Shown here: piece after piece, positions 24,085-36,267 of the stretch | Layout: every line of letters starts with the position of its first letter | How positions within the stretch are numbered: position 1 is the first letter of the stretch | Source: Octopus bimaculoides | Taxonomy: Eukaryota | Assembly: GCF_001194135.2 (NCBI RefSeq) | Contig: NC_068983.1 | Location: 67,495,879 to 67,535,158, forward strand | Reading direction: 5' to 3' | DNA length: 39,280 bases | Translations under genes and position numbers: made by a program | The notes under the pieces: generated by a model | What the model saw: the letters and a program-made list of their open reading frames with translations, nothing else | What the model was told of the DNA's origin: nothing | Databases searched by the model: none

Positions 24085-24420
24085 AGAAATTAGAGGCAAA
24101 CAACTCCATATCAAAATTTATCAATACAATGACTGAATTTCTCAACTTAAATACAACTAAATAACAAAAACATCAGGTCCGTTTAGAGCATAGATAGAAA
24201 TAAATGTCTATACTAACGTAGAAAAAAAGCAAATACTTACACAGATATAAAATGTCAGTAATGACATCCCTACTTTTAAGAGCATTTAAATACGCCTCCA
24301 CAACCGAACAACTCAATGATATAATTCCCAGAACAAAATAAACACTTATCAAGAACGTAATCTAACAAGCCATAGAACGACACCAGCATAAATATAACGC
24401 AACAAATACACCAAACACCG
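24085..24420 (+). pseudogene. Possible fossil Penelope-like RT C-terminal fragment
   Basis: ELEANNSISKF (cf. E.E.NN.LPFLD) and VMTSLLLRAFKYASTTEQLND...LIKN (cf. PLE thumb ..LI.RA...CS....L..E); many stops. Confidence 0.4.
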
Positions 24421-27400
24421 CAGACATAAAAAATACCCAAAGTATATATCAATTGCTTTATATAAACTAAATGTTTATAACTACAATCTAGATTCAGTAC
24501 GTGGAGTTGGAAACAGTCTAAATAAATTCTTTAATTTCCACCTATTTTATAGTATCAATGTATTCTGAGATCTTCCGTCTTTTGCACACCCACTGAAAGA
24601 GAGTCTCGTTTACTGTCACCAAGAGGAACATTTTCTATAAGAATTTCATTGTTTATACGATCGATAGCATAATGTGTATTTGCAATGATCTCATCTCAGA
24701 ACAATGTGGCCTGATATTTCCTTTGAAGAGTATGGTAGCCCTCAATTTTCCTATCTCTCAAAACTTCAATTTTATGAATCAACATTAATAACAACATTAA
24801 TTGCATTCATACTGAGCAAAACATTATTTCTTTCTCATATTCAGAAAAAAATGGTATATTCAATATAAACTGATCGATATCATTAATGATTAATACTTTC
24901 AAAAATTTCATTGATGGTCAACCAAAAGTTTTTAGTTTGAGATTATATTCCCTTCAATATAGTTAATACAAATTCGCCCAGCATTTTATACGAATCCACC
25001 CAGAAGTTCTGAGATAATACATTTATATAACTACCAATATAAACATGCATCTTAATATTAAAATGACTGAATTACTTATTGATAATTTTTGTATTGTTGT
25101 AGGAGACATTCGTGAATTCTTGCAGTGACTCCATAACTTCATTTACAATTACTTCAGAGCTGTATTGAAAATTCACAATTCATATTTGCTACAAAAACAG
25201 CGACGTGAAAAGTAACCAAGAATCGAAATTATTGCTTTGTACTCGGTTGATTGAATAATTGTACATGTTACAAATTGAATTCACTGCTGTGTTTTAACTT
25301 AAATAATTAAACACTTATATTAACATTTGTAAATATTTATCTATTTCCACAAGATTTTTAATGCATCCTGCATTTAATACATTTACAATAAATTAACTAG
25401 GGCTTTTCAAGTCGATAGTTTCTCTAATTTATTCTCTAAAAAGTTTTAGACTTCTATCTCTACTAGTTTACATTCCGGTAATTTTCTTCGTGATTTTCTC
25501 ATCGTTACTTCGGTGAGTACATTGAAGTCTATGCTTCGCTGATTAGGTCATATGAAATAACGAAAAATGTCCAGAAGTATGTCCTCCAATGTGCAATATT
25601 ATTTGTCAATGACTAATGCTGTTCGTTTTCCTTTCGTCGCACATTACTTCAGCTTCCTTTTTCGATGATCAATATATTAAATATATTTGACAAAACCCAA
25701 TGCATTTATATAGCTGATCTCAATTGGAATCGATAACCGCCACATTTTACGATTGGAATGATTTTCTCCCTACTCAACAGGGATTATTAATGTTCATAAT
25801 TTCATTCTTTCACTGAGAAGGTTAAAATATAAATAAATGATAGTTAAAAAAAGAGAAACGCTAGATGCAGTTTCGAATGCGGTATAACAAAGAAACTAGT
25901 AGCATTAAGAATTAGGAGTGTGAGTAGTGAAACTGACACAATCAAATATACGAAACCTGCTCGCTGACTTTACCCAGCAGGAGCTTACTATCTCTTCGCA
26001 ATACTCGCACCTAGCTTCAAGAAACTAGATGAGATTAAAAGATGAATATTTTAACAAGTGTTAGAATATTTGTAGCTGAGTGTAAACCTAACAACGATAT
26101 TATCTTTGTACTAAGATGACATCAAACCAACACGTTCTTATCTTTTGCGGCGGGGGTGGGCTTTTTGTTGAAATTGCGAGTACATCAATTGTCAAGTTGT
26201 TGGGTGGTCTGAGACCTACCCCTGACACATCCTCACAATAACTGCCTATAGTAGTTACCCAACCGATCAAGCTGGCATCATTATGACCTAAAAGCTTAAT
26301 CCAAATTGTTCATGGGTCAGTTTTGCTGCTGTGATTTCAATGTCAAGGAAGTAAGAGCTAGGGTAGGGGACTTGTTGCTGTTAACTAACTGTAAATGTCA
26401 CACTGACAGGATTTGTTTCGGCAGAGTTGATAACTGTTAAAACAGAAAGCTCTCAGGCATCCTGAATGTAAAGGGATGAGACAGAGTTAATGCTTAACTG
26501 ACATTATATACCGATACCCTTGACAAAAATATAGCGTCTGACTAAATTGATAAAGTGAGACTGTATTTGTGAAAGATTATCAGTTACTGCTAGGTAAATT
26601 AAGCTATGACAGGGTCAATAAATTTTATTAAGAATAGATCACAGTAGAATTGGGTTTAGACGTGGTGGAGCCCTAAACTATGTAAAGTTCGAAAATTCTT
26701 TGCTAAAAAAATATCTACTAGGCATTGCAAAAATTGAAAACATAAATGTCCTTTAAGTTATTCTGAGGTCTCTGCGGATTGAGAGATCATAAGATTCTGC
26801 TTCTTTAGCTCAAACTAAACTAGGCATTGTATCACATCAACCGTACTATTTTGTGTACTTTTTGATTTATTACCGGACTATTTACCAATACAGTCAGTAG
26901 CAGTTCATAAAACTTATAGAATTGAAAGACTTTAACGAATCTTTTCCCAGCAACTACAGGAAATGTTTTATTGATACACGCGTATATGTTTGTATATGTA
27001 CATATACGTTATATATGTATGTATTTATGTATATATGTATACGCGCGTGCGCCTGTGTGTGTATGTGTGTTCGTTTAATCCTTTGGGAGTCAGTAAGTTA
27101 AGTATCATCCCATGCCGGTGGGTTGCCTGTATATACAAAGCGTCAAACAGGACGCCTTGCTGTATTTGTTTTGTTTTAAGTGTAGATATCACTTGGATAT
27201 GAAAATTGATTACATTTCTGGCAGTGACTGCAACCGATAGATATTATCAAGAATTGCAAACCTTTGGGGAACATAACTTTGTTTGACGTGATCGGAAGCT
27301 TCTCTGCGATGCGTTGCGATGCTAATTTCTTTTGTAACGATTGCGAACTATTTTTACCTATAATTTTCTGTACGTTGACTTTTGTTGCCATATTTGAGGT

Positions 27401-27952
27401 TAATTTCGGTTATCAGTATTCTTATAAAATCTTTTACAAAACAAATCGATCGTATTTATGCCTTTGATATTTCGACTGCTTCGTATGTCAACGGTTTCTA
27501 CTGCATGGAAATTATATTTTTCTTTGAATATGACATTTTATGAAAGCATTGTCTCAAGATTTATGATGAAAGCATTATATCTCTACAAATATCTGGAGGA
27601 GATACAGAATTTATATGCAGGCATTTCAATGTAGCTTCGCTTCATTTTCAAGTGTCTTCGTTCTATTTCTACCAATAAATCATTATAATATTCTGCTAAA
27701 CCTGATTTATTTTCTCTTTTACTGATCTCTATGCTAATTGTTTTTCATAAAAGAAGTACCTTTATCACGCCTGTAAAACGTTTCTACCTATAATTACTAT
27801 GACAACTTATTTTTGAAAAAGTTGATTTTGATCTGAGAACTCTTCTAAAGTTTTCCCCATAGCAAACCGAGGGATTTTTGTATGCATGTATGTACGTATG
27901 TATGTATGTATGTATGTATGTATGTATGTATGTATGTATGTATGTATGTATG

Positions 27953-28035
27953 TCATTATTCAGCTTTATTTCAAGATTCCTTGCCTATAAGAGAAAGAGC
28001 CGATTTCTAACAGCCTCAAGGTTCATTTAATAGAA
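27953..28035 (+). mobile_element. (TATG)n-embedded short repeat, copy 2
   Basis: TCATTATTCAGCTTTATTTCAAGATTCC...AGAGAAAGAGCCGATTTCTAAC, flanked by TATG arrays. Confidence 0.65.
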
Positions 28036-28060
28036 TTGTGTATGTATGTATGTATGTACG

Positions 28061-28170
28061 TTATCAATCAGTTTCATTTCTGTATTTCTTGTCCATAGAG
28101 AAAGAGCCAGACTCTAACATAGATTCAAGGCTCCTTCATTGGAACTTTTATCAACATCATCTAGGTATTT
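28061..28170 (+). mobile_element. (TATG)n-embedded short repeat, copy 3
   Basis: AGAGAAAGAGCCAGACTCTAACATAGATTCAAGGCTCCTTCATTGGAAC...AGGTATTT, flanked by TATG arrays. Confidence 0.65.
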
Positions 28171-28448
28171 GTGCATGTATGTATGTATGTATGTATGTAT
28201 GTATGTATGTATGTACATGTGCAGATTTGTATACTTTGCTTTATGTATTTTCATGCATATAGTTTCATGTCTAGACATGCTCATTTGTGTATGTATGTAT
28301 GGATGTATGTATGTATGCATGTATGTACGTATATATGCATGTATGTATGTATGTGTGTGTGTGTGTGTGTGTTTGTGTGTTTGTGTGTGCGCCTGTGTGT
28401 GTATGTGTTTATTTGTAGATAGACAGACAGATAGATGGATAGATAGAC

Positions 28449-28485
<37 letters not shown>

Positions 28486-28772
28486 TGTGTGAATGCACAC
28501 ATATATAGTACATGACCCTGTCGTTTGGGCACTGGACAAACAATTACAAATCCGATTTGTCCTTGAGTAAGGAACTGTATTTCGCGATTTCCCAGTCTAC
28601 TTAGCTGTGTGTTACATTTAAAGCATTCAAGTTCATTTACAGGTTTTTGTCAATAGATTTTAGGGCTGAAAACATTTTGCTGTGAAGGTTTGCTACAGTC
28701 CTGCTGTTTTTTTTTTTTCTGTTGTATTCACTAGTTCTTTTTAATGTCCGTTTATTCCATCAGTTTGTGCAT

Positions 28773-28885
28773 ACAGGCATGGTTGTGTGGTAAGAGGCTT
28801 GCTTCCCAACCACATAGTTCTGGGTTCAGTCCCACTACCTGGCATCATGCGCAAGTGTCTTCTACTATAACCTTGGGCGGACCAA
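28773..28885 (+). mobile_element. OK-like tRNA SINE head, 3'-truncated
   Basis: ACAGGCATGGTTGTGTGGTAAGAGGCTTGCTTCCCAACCAC...GGGTTCAGTCCCACT...CAAGTGTCTTCTACTATA. Confidence 0.75.
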
Positions 28886-28984
28886 CTGAGTGCTGGTGTA
28901 ACACTTTCATCATACTGCTCTCACATTTTGGATGAAGGGAGGGAAGGGTAACCAAGTCTGCACATGACTATATGGGCACCAAAA

Positions 28985-29047
<63 letters not shown>

Positions 29048-29200
29048 TAGCAGTAGCACAATTACATGTTATACCAAATCATACTGCCTTCTGAATGGCG
29101 ACTGTGGTTTATTGCATTATTGTTTGTGTGTGCATCTATTGTGTATGTGTGCATACATAGATTATTATATTTGTGTTTGCATTATATATATATATACATA

Positions 29201-29381
29201 TATATGGGAGAATATACAAATAATAACAACAGACGAGGACAGGTGGTGTAAATAACAACAGTATATATTAGTATGATTTATATATTATATTAGTATATAC
29301 ATATATATATATATATACATATGTATGTCTGTATGTATATATATATATAGATAGATAGATATACATAATACATATATATAC

Positions 29382-29412
<31 letters not shown>

Positions 29413-29608
29413 TATAAATATATCAATTTTTTTTTCTCAATTTTTTTTCTCCGTGTTTTTCTCCTTGTCTCCGTATTCTTTCTGTTGAAGAGCGTAGCTC
29501 GAAACGTCAAAGACTTTCCGTATTCCCGAGCGTCATACTAATATATACTTTTGTTATTTACACCACCTGTCCTCGTCTGTTGTTATTATTTGTATATTCT
29601 CCCATATA
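29201..29608. mobile_element. Foldback element with 76-bp inverted arms, (TA)n flanks and an internal hammerhead-like motif (probably PLE pseudo-LTR derived)
   Basis: 29201-29276 is the reverse complement of 29533-29608 with one mismatch. The spacer holds TA-rich simple sequence and the motif at 29477-29513. Confidence 0.75.
29477..29513 (+). ncRNA. Minimal type I hammerhead-like motif with variant core (CUGUUGA)
   Basis: UCUUU | CUGUUGA | A | GAGC-GUA-GCUC | GAAAC GUC^ | AAAGA. Stem I 5 bp, stem II 4 bp, palindromic ACGU stem III, GUC site at 29506-29508. Core has U in place of conserved A6. Confidence 0.5.
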
Positions 29609-29654
29609 TATAAATATATATATATATTCATATATACATCCATATATATAGCAG

Positions 29655-29694
29655 TTTAATACACTTTAATACACTTTAATACACTTTAATACAC
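29655..29694. repeat. (TTTAATACAC)x4 perfect 10-bp tandem repeat
   Basis: Direct inspection. Confidence 0.95.
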
Positions 29695-32600
29695 ACATAT
29701 ATATATGTGGTGTGCACATACACATATAAGTAAATACATGTGTGACTATCTATATTTGCATGTATATTGGTACGTATGTTTATATTTGCTTAAATATTCA
29801 TGTATATGTGTATAATATATATGCATACATTCACATCTCTCACTTACATACATACACACACACACACACGTACACGCACACTCACACACACACACACGTA
29901 CACGCACACTCACACACACACGTACACGCACACTCACACACACGTACACGCACACTCACACACACACACGTGCACACACATACACACACACTCTGCCAAT
30001 CCTTGACATGTATCAAAAGACCTCGCTTCACCACTTTCTGTTTCTTTTACTTTTACAGTGAATGACATTGACTCATGTTTCGATATTTACAATAGTGCAT
30101 CTTCTGTCTCTCAACGACCTTCTTTTACTTCTATCTCTTGCTTTTCGTCTTCACCATTTCTTTCGCATTGTTTTCGTACGTTTTTAATGTCCTCCATGTG
30201 TTTTTTAATTTTTTTTTGTTTAGTTTTACTGTGTAACTCCCCTCTGTCATGCCCCCTCCTCTATTCTCTTTATGGTAATAAATGTAAAATATTAACGATG
30301 CTATTTCTATCTCTTCTTTTTCTTCTTCTCCTTTATCTTCTTTTTCTTTCTCCCTTTCTTTTTATCTTTTAGTCAGGAGGAAATACAGTGCCTATGTCCT
30401 TTTACAGGACTTCGGTGACTGGTTGATGGAAGGAGGAAAGTATCCTCAAACTGGAGACTGTTAAAGGCACACAAGGTGCAGTACTTCCCATTCTGTTATT
30501 TACATCGACCGTCTTGCCTACATCCGTCTTTTTCATTCATTTTGACCAACCATAGTGGATTTTAACTCCCGATTATAATACAAATGTCTAAAACAGACAA
30601 TCATAACCTTGCAATCAGACGCTGAAGTTTTCAATGAATTTCCCTAAACTACATTTAACATCCCGAGCTTACTTTCTATTATTGCTTAAAATTGATTGAT
30701 TTTATGTTAGCTTTCGGAGGTGATATCCAGTGTTCCTGTGAAACTTGCTTGATGAGAGAAGAGTGCTTCTACAGCACTGTCTTGTTCTTACTAAACAGCA
30801 TAGATACAAATTCTTCAGCAATGTCCTTTTACCACAGAGAATAGCAATGTTACCATCTCAACTATTTTTTTCAGTGCCAGATAGAATATTATTGTTAATA
30901 AATGGTCTAATTGTTTAATAATAATGTATTACGGGATGATTATAAGCTGTCATGTAGTAAACTGAAGTTACTATATGCCCGTGTCATTCGTGACATGTAG
31001 CTATCAATAGGAATTAATTTAGATTTACCTGGTGTCATGGGCTTAAAGTGAGGTAGAGAGTCCGTAAGTTTATTTCTTTCAGGTGCAATGAATCTAAGAA
31101 GAGAACATTAGTAGACGTGTATGTCAGAAGTACGATTGACCAGGTGCAAATTCATTACATAACTGATTTACGAAAGGAACGTTGCTAGTGAACAGAGAAA
31201 GAGAGGGACTGACAATTGAGCACTCTCTCCTATCACTGCTGATATCTACGTTATTTATGGTGATGCACCAGAATATTTACCTGAGTTGACGATGTAATTA
31301 CCTTAATCGTGTCAAATGTTCAATGAAACATCAGCTGGTCAGTGGATCATAAAATGTTCAGTGAACCAAAAAGCGCAAAATGGATCATAAACTCGTCAGT
31401 GGATTATAAACTCTTCTAAGGACCATAAAGTCCACACTGACTCAAGAAGTAAATAATTTCATCTGAATAAAAGTTTGATTTGTTATTATTTTTCCATGAA
31501 ATGACCTTGGCTTCTTGTAATATCAGGCTTCAACAGGCTGAGGTTTCCTCTCCGAACTACCTGAGTTCAACTTCCGCCGATATTGGAGTGTCTCTCCAAA
31601 TTAAGTTCTATCTTTAAAGCTGCTTTTAAATCATTCTGCAAGAATATTGACTGAGTTATAATAGATCCTTACATTAAGTAGGAAACGGGTTTGCGTGTAA
31701 CTTCGATCTAAGTTCCACATGAATCTAAGTATTGCTTGAATCATCGTGTTAAATTCACTTACTGTACTGCACTAACTTTAACACTGTATTAACTTGTTTG
31801 TTATCCGAATATTTGATTGTTTACATGGCAGATGTACTTCAGTCTTTGTTGATGTTACATCCCATTTAATATAATATATCAAATTATCAAATTATATAGT
31901 TAACATTGCTTTTAATTGTAATCAGTTAAATTTAAATTGGCATACGAATGACATTTAACAGACTATTAAATATGATGTATTACTGATACTAAATATCATA
32001 TATTCAGTTCACTGTATTTATAATTCTATATTCGGATGATAATCTAATATTCATTTAATTTAATCTATTTTTGCTGTTATTTCATTTACACGTTATACAC
32101 ATAGCACAGATTATATGGTGAAAGCTATCTTTCAATCATCCTGTAATCCATTAACATTAAAGAACTACATCATTTGATAGCCATCCTATTCTTTCTGGCA
32201 TTCCGATTAATACTATCGAAGACATATTAGTTAGAAACGATCTTAAATTTTGTCCCTTAGTGGTGTAAGTACAATTTCCACCGGTATCAGCTCCAGATTC
32301 AGTACAATACGGATTTGTGCTATATTGAATTCAGTTCAACTGGCTATAGGAGTTGGGGGTCCCTGAGTCAGTAGAACCACAGTAAAAATACTTTATGGTA
32401 TTTTGTGGCATTTGTGCATCTTAACGTGGATATAGTATAGAAAGCCACAAAACTAACTGCGGTATTCGACTCGAGACAGCATCTCGTACAGACGTATTGA
32501 ACTAAAAAGCATAGTATCATATCGTTAGCAGAGGGAAAGTGTTCAGTAGCGGCGGTGAAATTGCTAAATCTAGATTTCTGGATTTTTTTTTAACGTCATC

Positions 32601-33769
32601 AGTAGTAAATATCCTCTAGCAATTGCATTATCCACTTTAAGTAAGATATACATAATGCTTTTGTTAAAAAGGTGACATGCTAAATCACTTATTTCGTTAA
32701 AGGCTAGAAGTACCATATCATGTGTACATAGGCTAAACATATTATCGTTAGAAGATTATTCTTGTTTTTATTTTTATGTGGTATTGTTTCTAATGTTTTT
32801 AAGTCACCGAAAAATAGAGTTTAGATTATATTTGCTATTCTGAAAAATATGTTCTGCTAACTTTCTCTGAGCCTTTGTACCATACCATATTTGCAAACGA
32901 GAACTGGCCATACATTCAATGTAGCATTTTAGTGGAAAAGATTCCGGATCTTTCTTTTTCTCACTTAGATACATGCCTTCTTAAATAAACTAATCAATCT
33001 TATCTATCTTATGCACTGAAACTGCTATAATTAAACTCTGTTGTTTCTCGTTTGTTCTCTGGAGACACGTTTAATATAGCTGTTTATCTTGAAACAATTT
33101 ATGAACCAATTATGGATCTGACTGAAATAGATATTGAAAGCTTTACAGTTGAAGATATTCACAGAGATTATCAGCCATTGACACTAATCGATTTTAACAA
33201 GATCCGGCTAACCTTCTTGACAGATTTAGCGATGCTACACTCACGCTTGCACACGCAGACATCACGCACAGTTAAAGCGCAATCGTACACGCACTTGCAC
33301 ACGTATTCATTCTTATTCATACTTATATATATATATATATATNNNNNNNNNNNNNNNNNNNNNNNNNNNNNNNNNNNNNNNNNNNNNNNNNNNNNNNNNN
33401 NNNNNNNNNNNNNNNNNNNNNNNNNNNNNNNNNNNNNNNNNNNNNNNNNNNNNNNNNNNNNNNNNNNNNNNNNNNNNNNNNNNNNNNNNNNNNNNNNNNN
33501 NNNNNNNNNNNNNNNNNNNNNNNNNNNNNNNNNNNNNNNNNNNNNNNNNNNNNNNNNNNNNNNNNNNNNNNNNNNNNNNNNNNNNNNNNNNNNNNNNNNN
33601 NNNNNNNNNNNNNNNNNNNNNNNNNNNNNNNNNNNNNNNNNNNNNNNNNNNNNNNNNNNNNNNNNNNNNNNNNNNNNNNNNNNNNNNNNNNNNNNNNNNN
33701 NNNNNNNNNNNNNNNNNNNNNNNNNNNNNNNNNNNNNNNNNNNNNNNNNNNNNNNNNNNNNNNNNNNNN

Positions 33770-33990
33770 ATTTATGAAGTTCAAAAGAACTGGCATAGGG
33801 GAAAAAAACCAACAATGTTCTATAATTTTATAAATTTAAATTTGAAATTTATGAAGTTCAAAAGAACTGGCATAGGGGAAAAAAACCAACAATGTTCTAT
33901 AATTTTATAAATTTAAATTTGAAATTTATGAAGTTCAAAAGAACTGGCATAGGGGAAAAAAACCAACAATGTTTTATAATTTTATAAATT
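33770..33990. repeat. 77-bp tandem repeat, ~2.9 near-identical copies abutting a gap
   Basis: Unit starts at 33771, 33848 and 33925; one substitution in the third copy. Confidence 0.95.
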
Positions 33991-34149
33991 GATGATAATA
34001 TATATTTGTGAATTTGTATTGTAGAGAATCTATATTTATATCTGAACCTTAATGCATATACAGATGAAAGTTAATGGTAAATAAATAAAAAATGAAGTAT
34101 GTAGCTGTGTTTGGAGATATGTAGCAACGTTATATATATATATATAATT

Positions 34150-34275
34150 GACTTGAAACCATGGTACAGAATATAGATTGGTAAATGTCTTTATTTTTCA
34201 TTCCCTTTCGAAATTAGCCCTATTTTTGTGGTATGTAGTCTTTTGCTGCTCTTTCTAGCGGGTTAGATGTCCTAT
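34150..34275 (-). mobile_element. Degenerate fragment of the GCTAGAAA family repeat
   Basis: Reverse complement of 34240-34270 reads ACATCTAACCCGCTAGAAAGAGCAGCAAAA. Confidence 0.3.
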
Positions 34276-35054
34276 TATAGGCATCTCTGTATTTTAAATG
34301 AATAATACATAGTCTATTGACTGATTTTTACTCTCGCTAGACCACTGGTGGTAAATAAAATTTCTAAAATTTTTTTTGCTACCCTATAATTTATTAATAA
34401 TGATAAAATNNNNNNNNNNNNNNNNNNNNNNNNNNNNNNNNNNNNNNNNNNNNNNNNNNNNNNNNNNNNNNNNNNNNNNNNNNNNNNNNNNNNNNNNNNN
34501 NNNNNNNNNNNNNNNNNNNNNNNNNNNNNNNNNNNNNNNNNNNNNNNNNNNNNNNNNNNNNNNNNNNNNNNNNNNNNNNNNNNNNNNNNNNNNNNNNNNN
34601 NNNNNNNNNNNNNNNNNNNNNNNNNNNNNNNNNNNNNNNNNNNNNNNNNNNNNNNNNNNNNNNNNNNNNNNNNNNNNNNNNNNNNNNNNNNNNNNNNNNN
34701 NNNNNNNNNNNNNNNNNNNNNNNNNNNNNNNNNNNNNNNNNNNNNNNNNNNNNNNNNNNNNNNNNNNNNNNNNNNNNNNNNNNNNNNNNNNNNNNNNNNN
34801 NTAAATAAAAAATGAAGTATGTAGCTGTGTTTGGAGATATGTAGCAACGTTATATATATATATATAATGGGGTGGATGCTTGTTTGCGCTGGTTCTTTTT
34901 GTATGTGCTAACGGAAGATTATGTATAACGTTGTAAAGCGATCGCCATAAGAAAAAAAATTTGACTAGCTTTTATCTATGGACAGTAAGGCACTGCATAT
35001 TTCTATCCGTCTTAATCGCTTATAATACACAAAGGGCTTAGCGAAAAATTATCT

Positions 35055-35095
35055 CAGCATAGCTCCAGTCCAATGACTGAAACAAGTAAAAAAAA
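35055..35095 (+). mobile_element. Isolated SINE/LINE 3' tail
   Basis: CAGCATAGCTCCAGTCCAATGACTGAAACAAGTAAAA. Confidence 0.55.
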
Positions 35096-35387
35096 TAATT
35101 TTAAGAATAAATAATCATTATTATTTTGAATTTGCGTCATATGTCACTTGCTGTGAAAAATGCTTTGGGAAAAAATTGACAAGCGATATGAAATTAAGTA
35201 TGAATGAAGTACTTCATAAATATTTCCAGCGACGAATATTTGTTTCTCTGCTTTACCTTTTCTTCTTTAGATAAATCCCACTACAAACCAGCTCATGCAA
35301 ATCTTTCTTATTATAAATTCAGGTTTCCCAATACCTTTGCAAGTCGTACGTATGTACATACACTCATGAATGTGTGTGTCTGTCTGT

Positions 35388-35458
<71 letters not shown>

Positions 35459-35924
35459 CGCGTGTGTGTTTAAGTGTCGGTGTGAATATCGGGGAAAAAG
35501 ATAAAGAAAAGAAAATGGTTCTCTTAGAAAGGAAAGAGAGAGAAAGAGAGAAATAAAAGCAAAACTGAGTGATTTTGTGAGATGAGTTATATATGTAGTT
35601 TGTGAGAAGTACATAGAATTTATTAATGATTGAAGTCAAGTACGAGAAATAAATAAGTAAAGAAACAAACAATCAGAGAACAGAAACCTCATTGCACCCC
35701 GCCACCCAGTTCAGCCTGGCAAGAAAGATGTTTGGAAAGGTGGAGTTTACGAAATTGCTGTCGCTAAAGATCTCAACCGTGAGAAATTACTCGTTGTAAC
35801 TAAAAATTGCTTAGCTAAAAAAAAAAAAAACATTTAAAGATGCTCATGTGTGAGCTAACCAAAGAGAGAAGACATTTAGTAGGGGAAAAAAGAGAGGGAA
35901 AAGACAAGGATATATAAAACTACA

Positions 35925-35995
35925 CCTTGGTATTTACCCAAGATGCAACACAGTGGGATAGAACGCAGGGTCTAATGGTCACGAAGCAAACCATT
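35925..35995 (-). mobile_element. Degenerate OK-like SINE head
   Basis: Reverse complement: TTTGCTTCGTGACCATTAGACCCTGCGTTCTATCCCACTGTGTTGCATCTTGGGTAAAT. Confidence 0.45.
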
Positions 35996-36032
35996 TCAAA
36001 ATATGTGTCAAGAATACAGTATATAGTGACAA

Positions 36033-36181
36033 ACATGGCTGCGCAGTTTAGAAGCTCGCTTTGCAACCATGTCGTTCCAGATTCAGTCACAACACAGCAA
36101 TTTGAACAAGAAATCTCTACTATAACCGTGGGCCAACTAATACCTTGTAAGCAGAAGGAAACTGTGATGAAGTCCCTCGTT

Positions 36182-36185
<4 letters not shown>
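36033..36185 (+). mobile_element. Degenerate OK-like SINE 5' part
   Basis: ATGGCTGCGCAGTTTAGAAGCTCGCT...GATTCAGTC...CTACTATAACCGTGGGCCAACT...GGAAACTG...GAAGTCCCTCGT. Confidence 0.55.

Positions 36186-36267
<82 letters not shown>

Noticed and set aside
25085-25175. Short minus-strand frame SEVIVNEVMESLQEFTNVSYNNTKIINK with an AG acceptor
   Set aside because: Only ~30 codons, weak donor and no recognisable homology.
30440-30880. TQGAVLPILLF and LPSQLF remnants suggesting another fossil LINE RT
   Set aside because: The motifs are too degenerate, with no YADD equivalent, to support a feature call.
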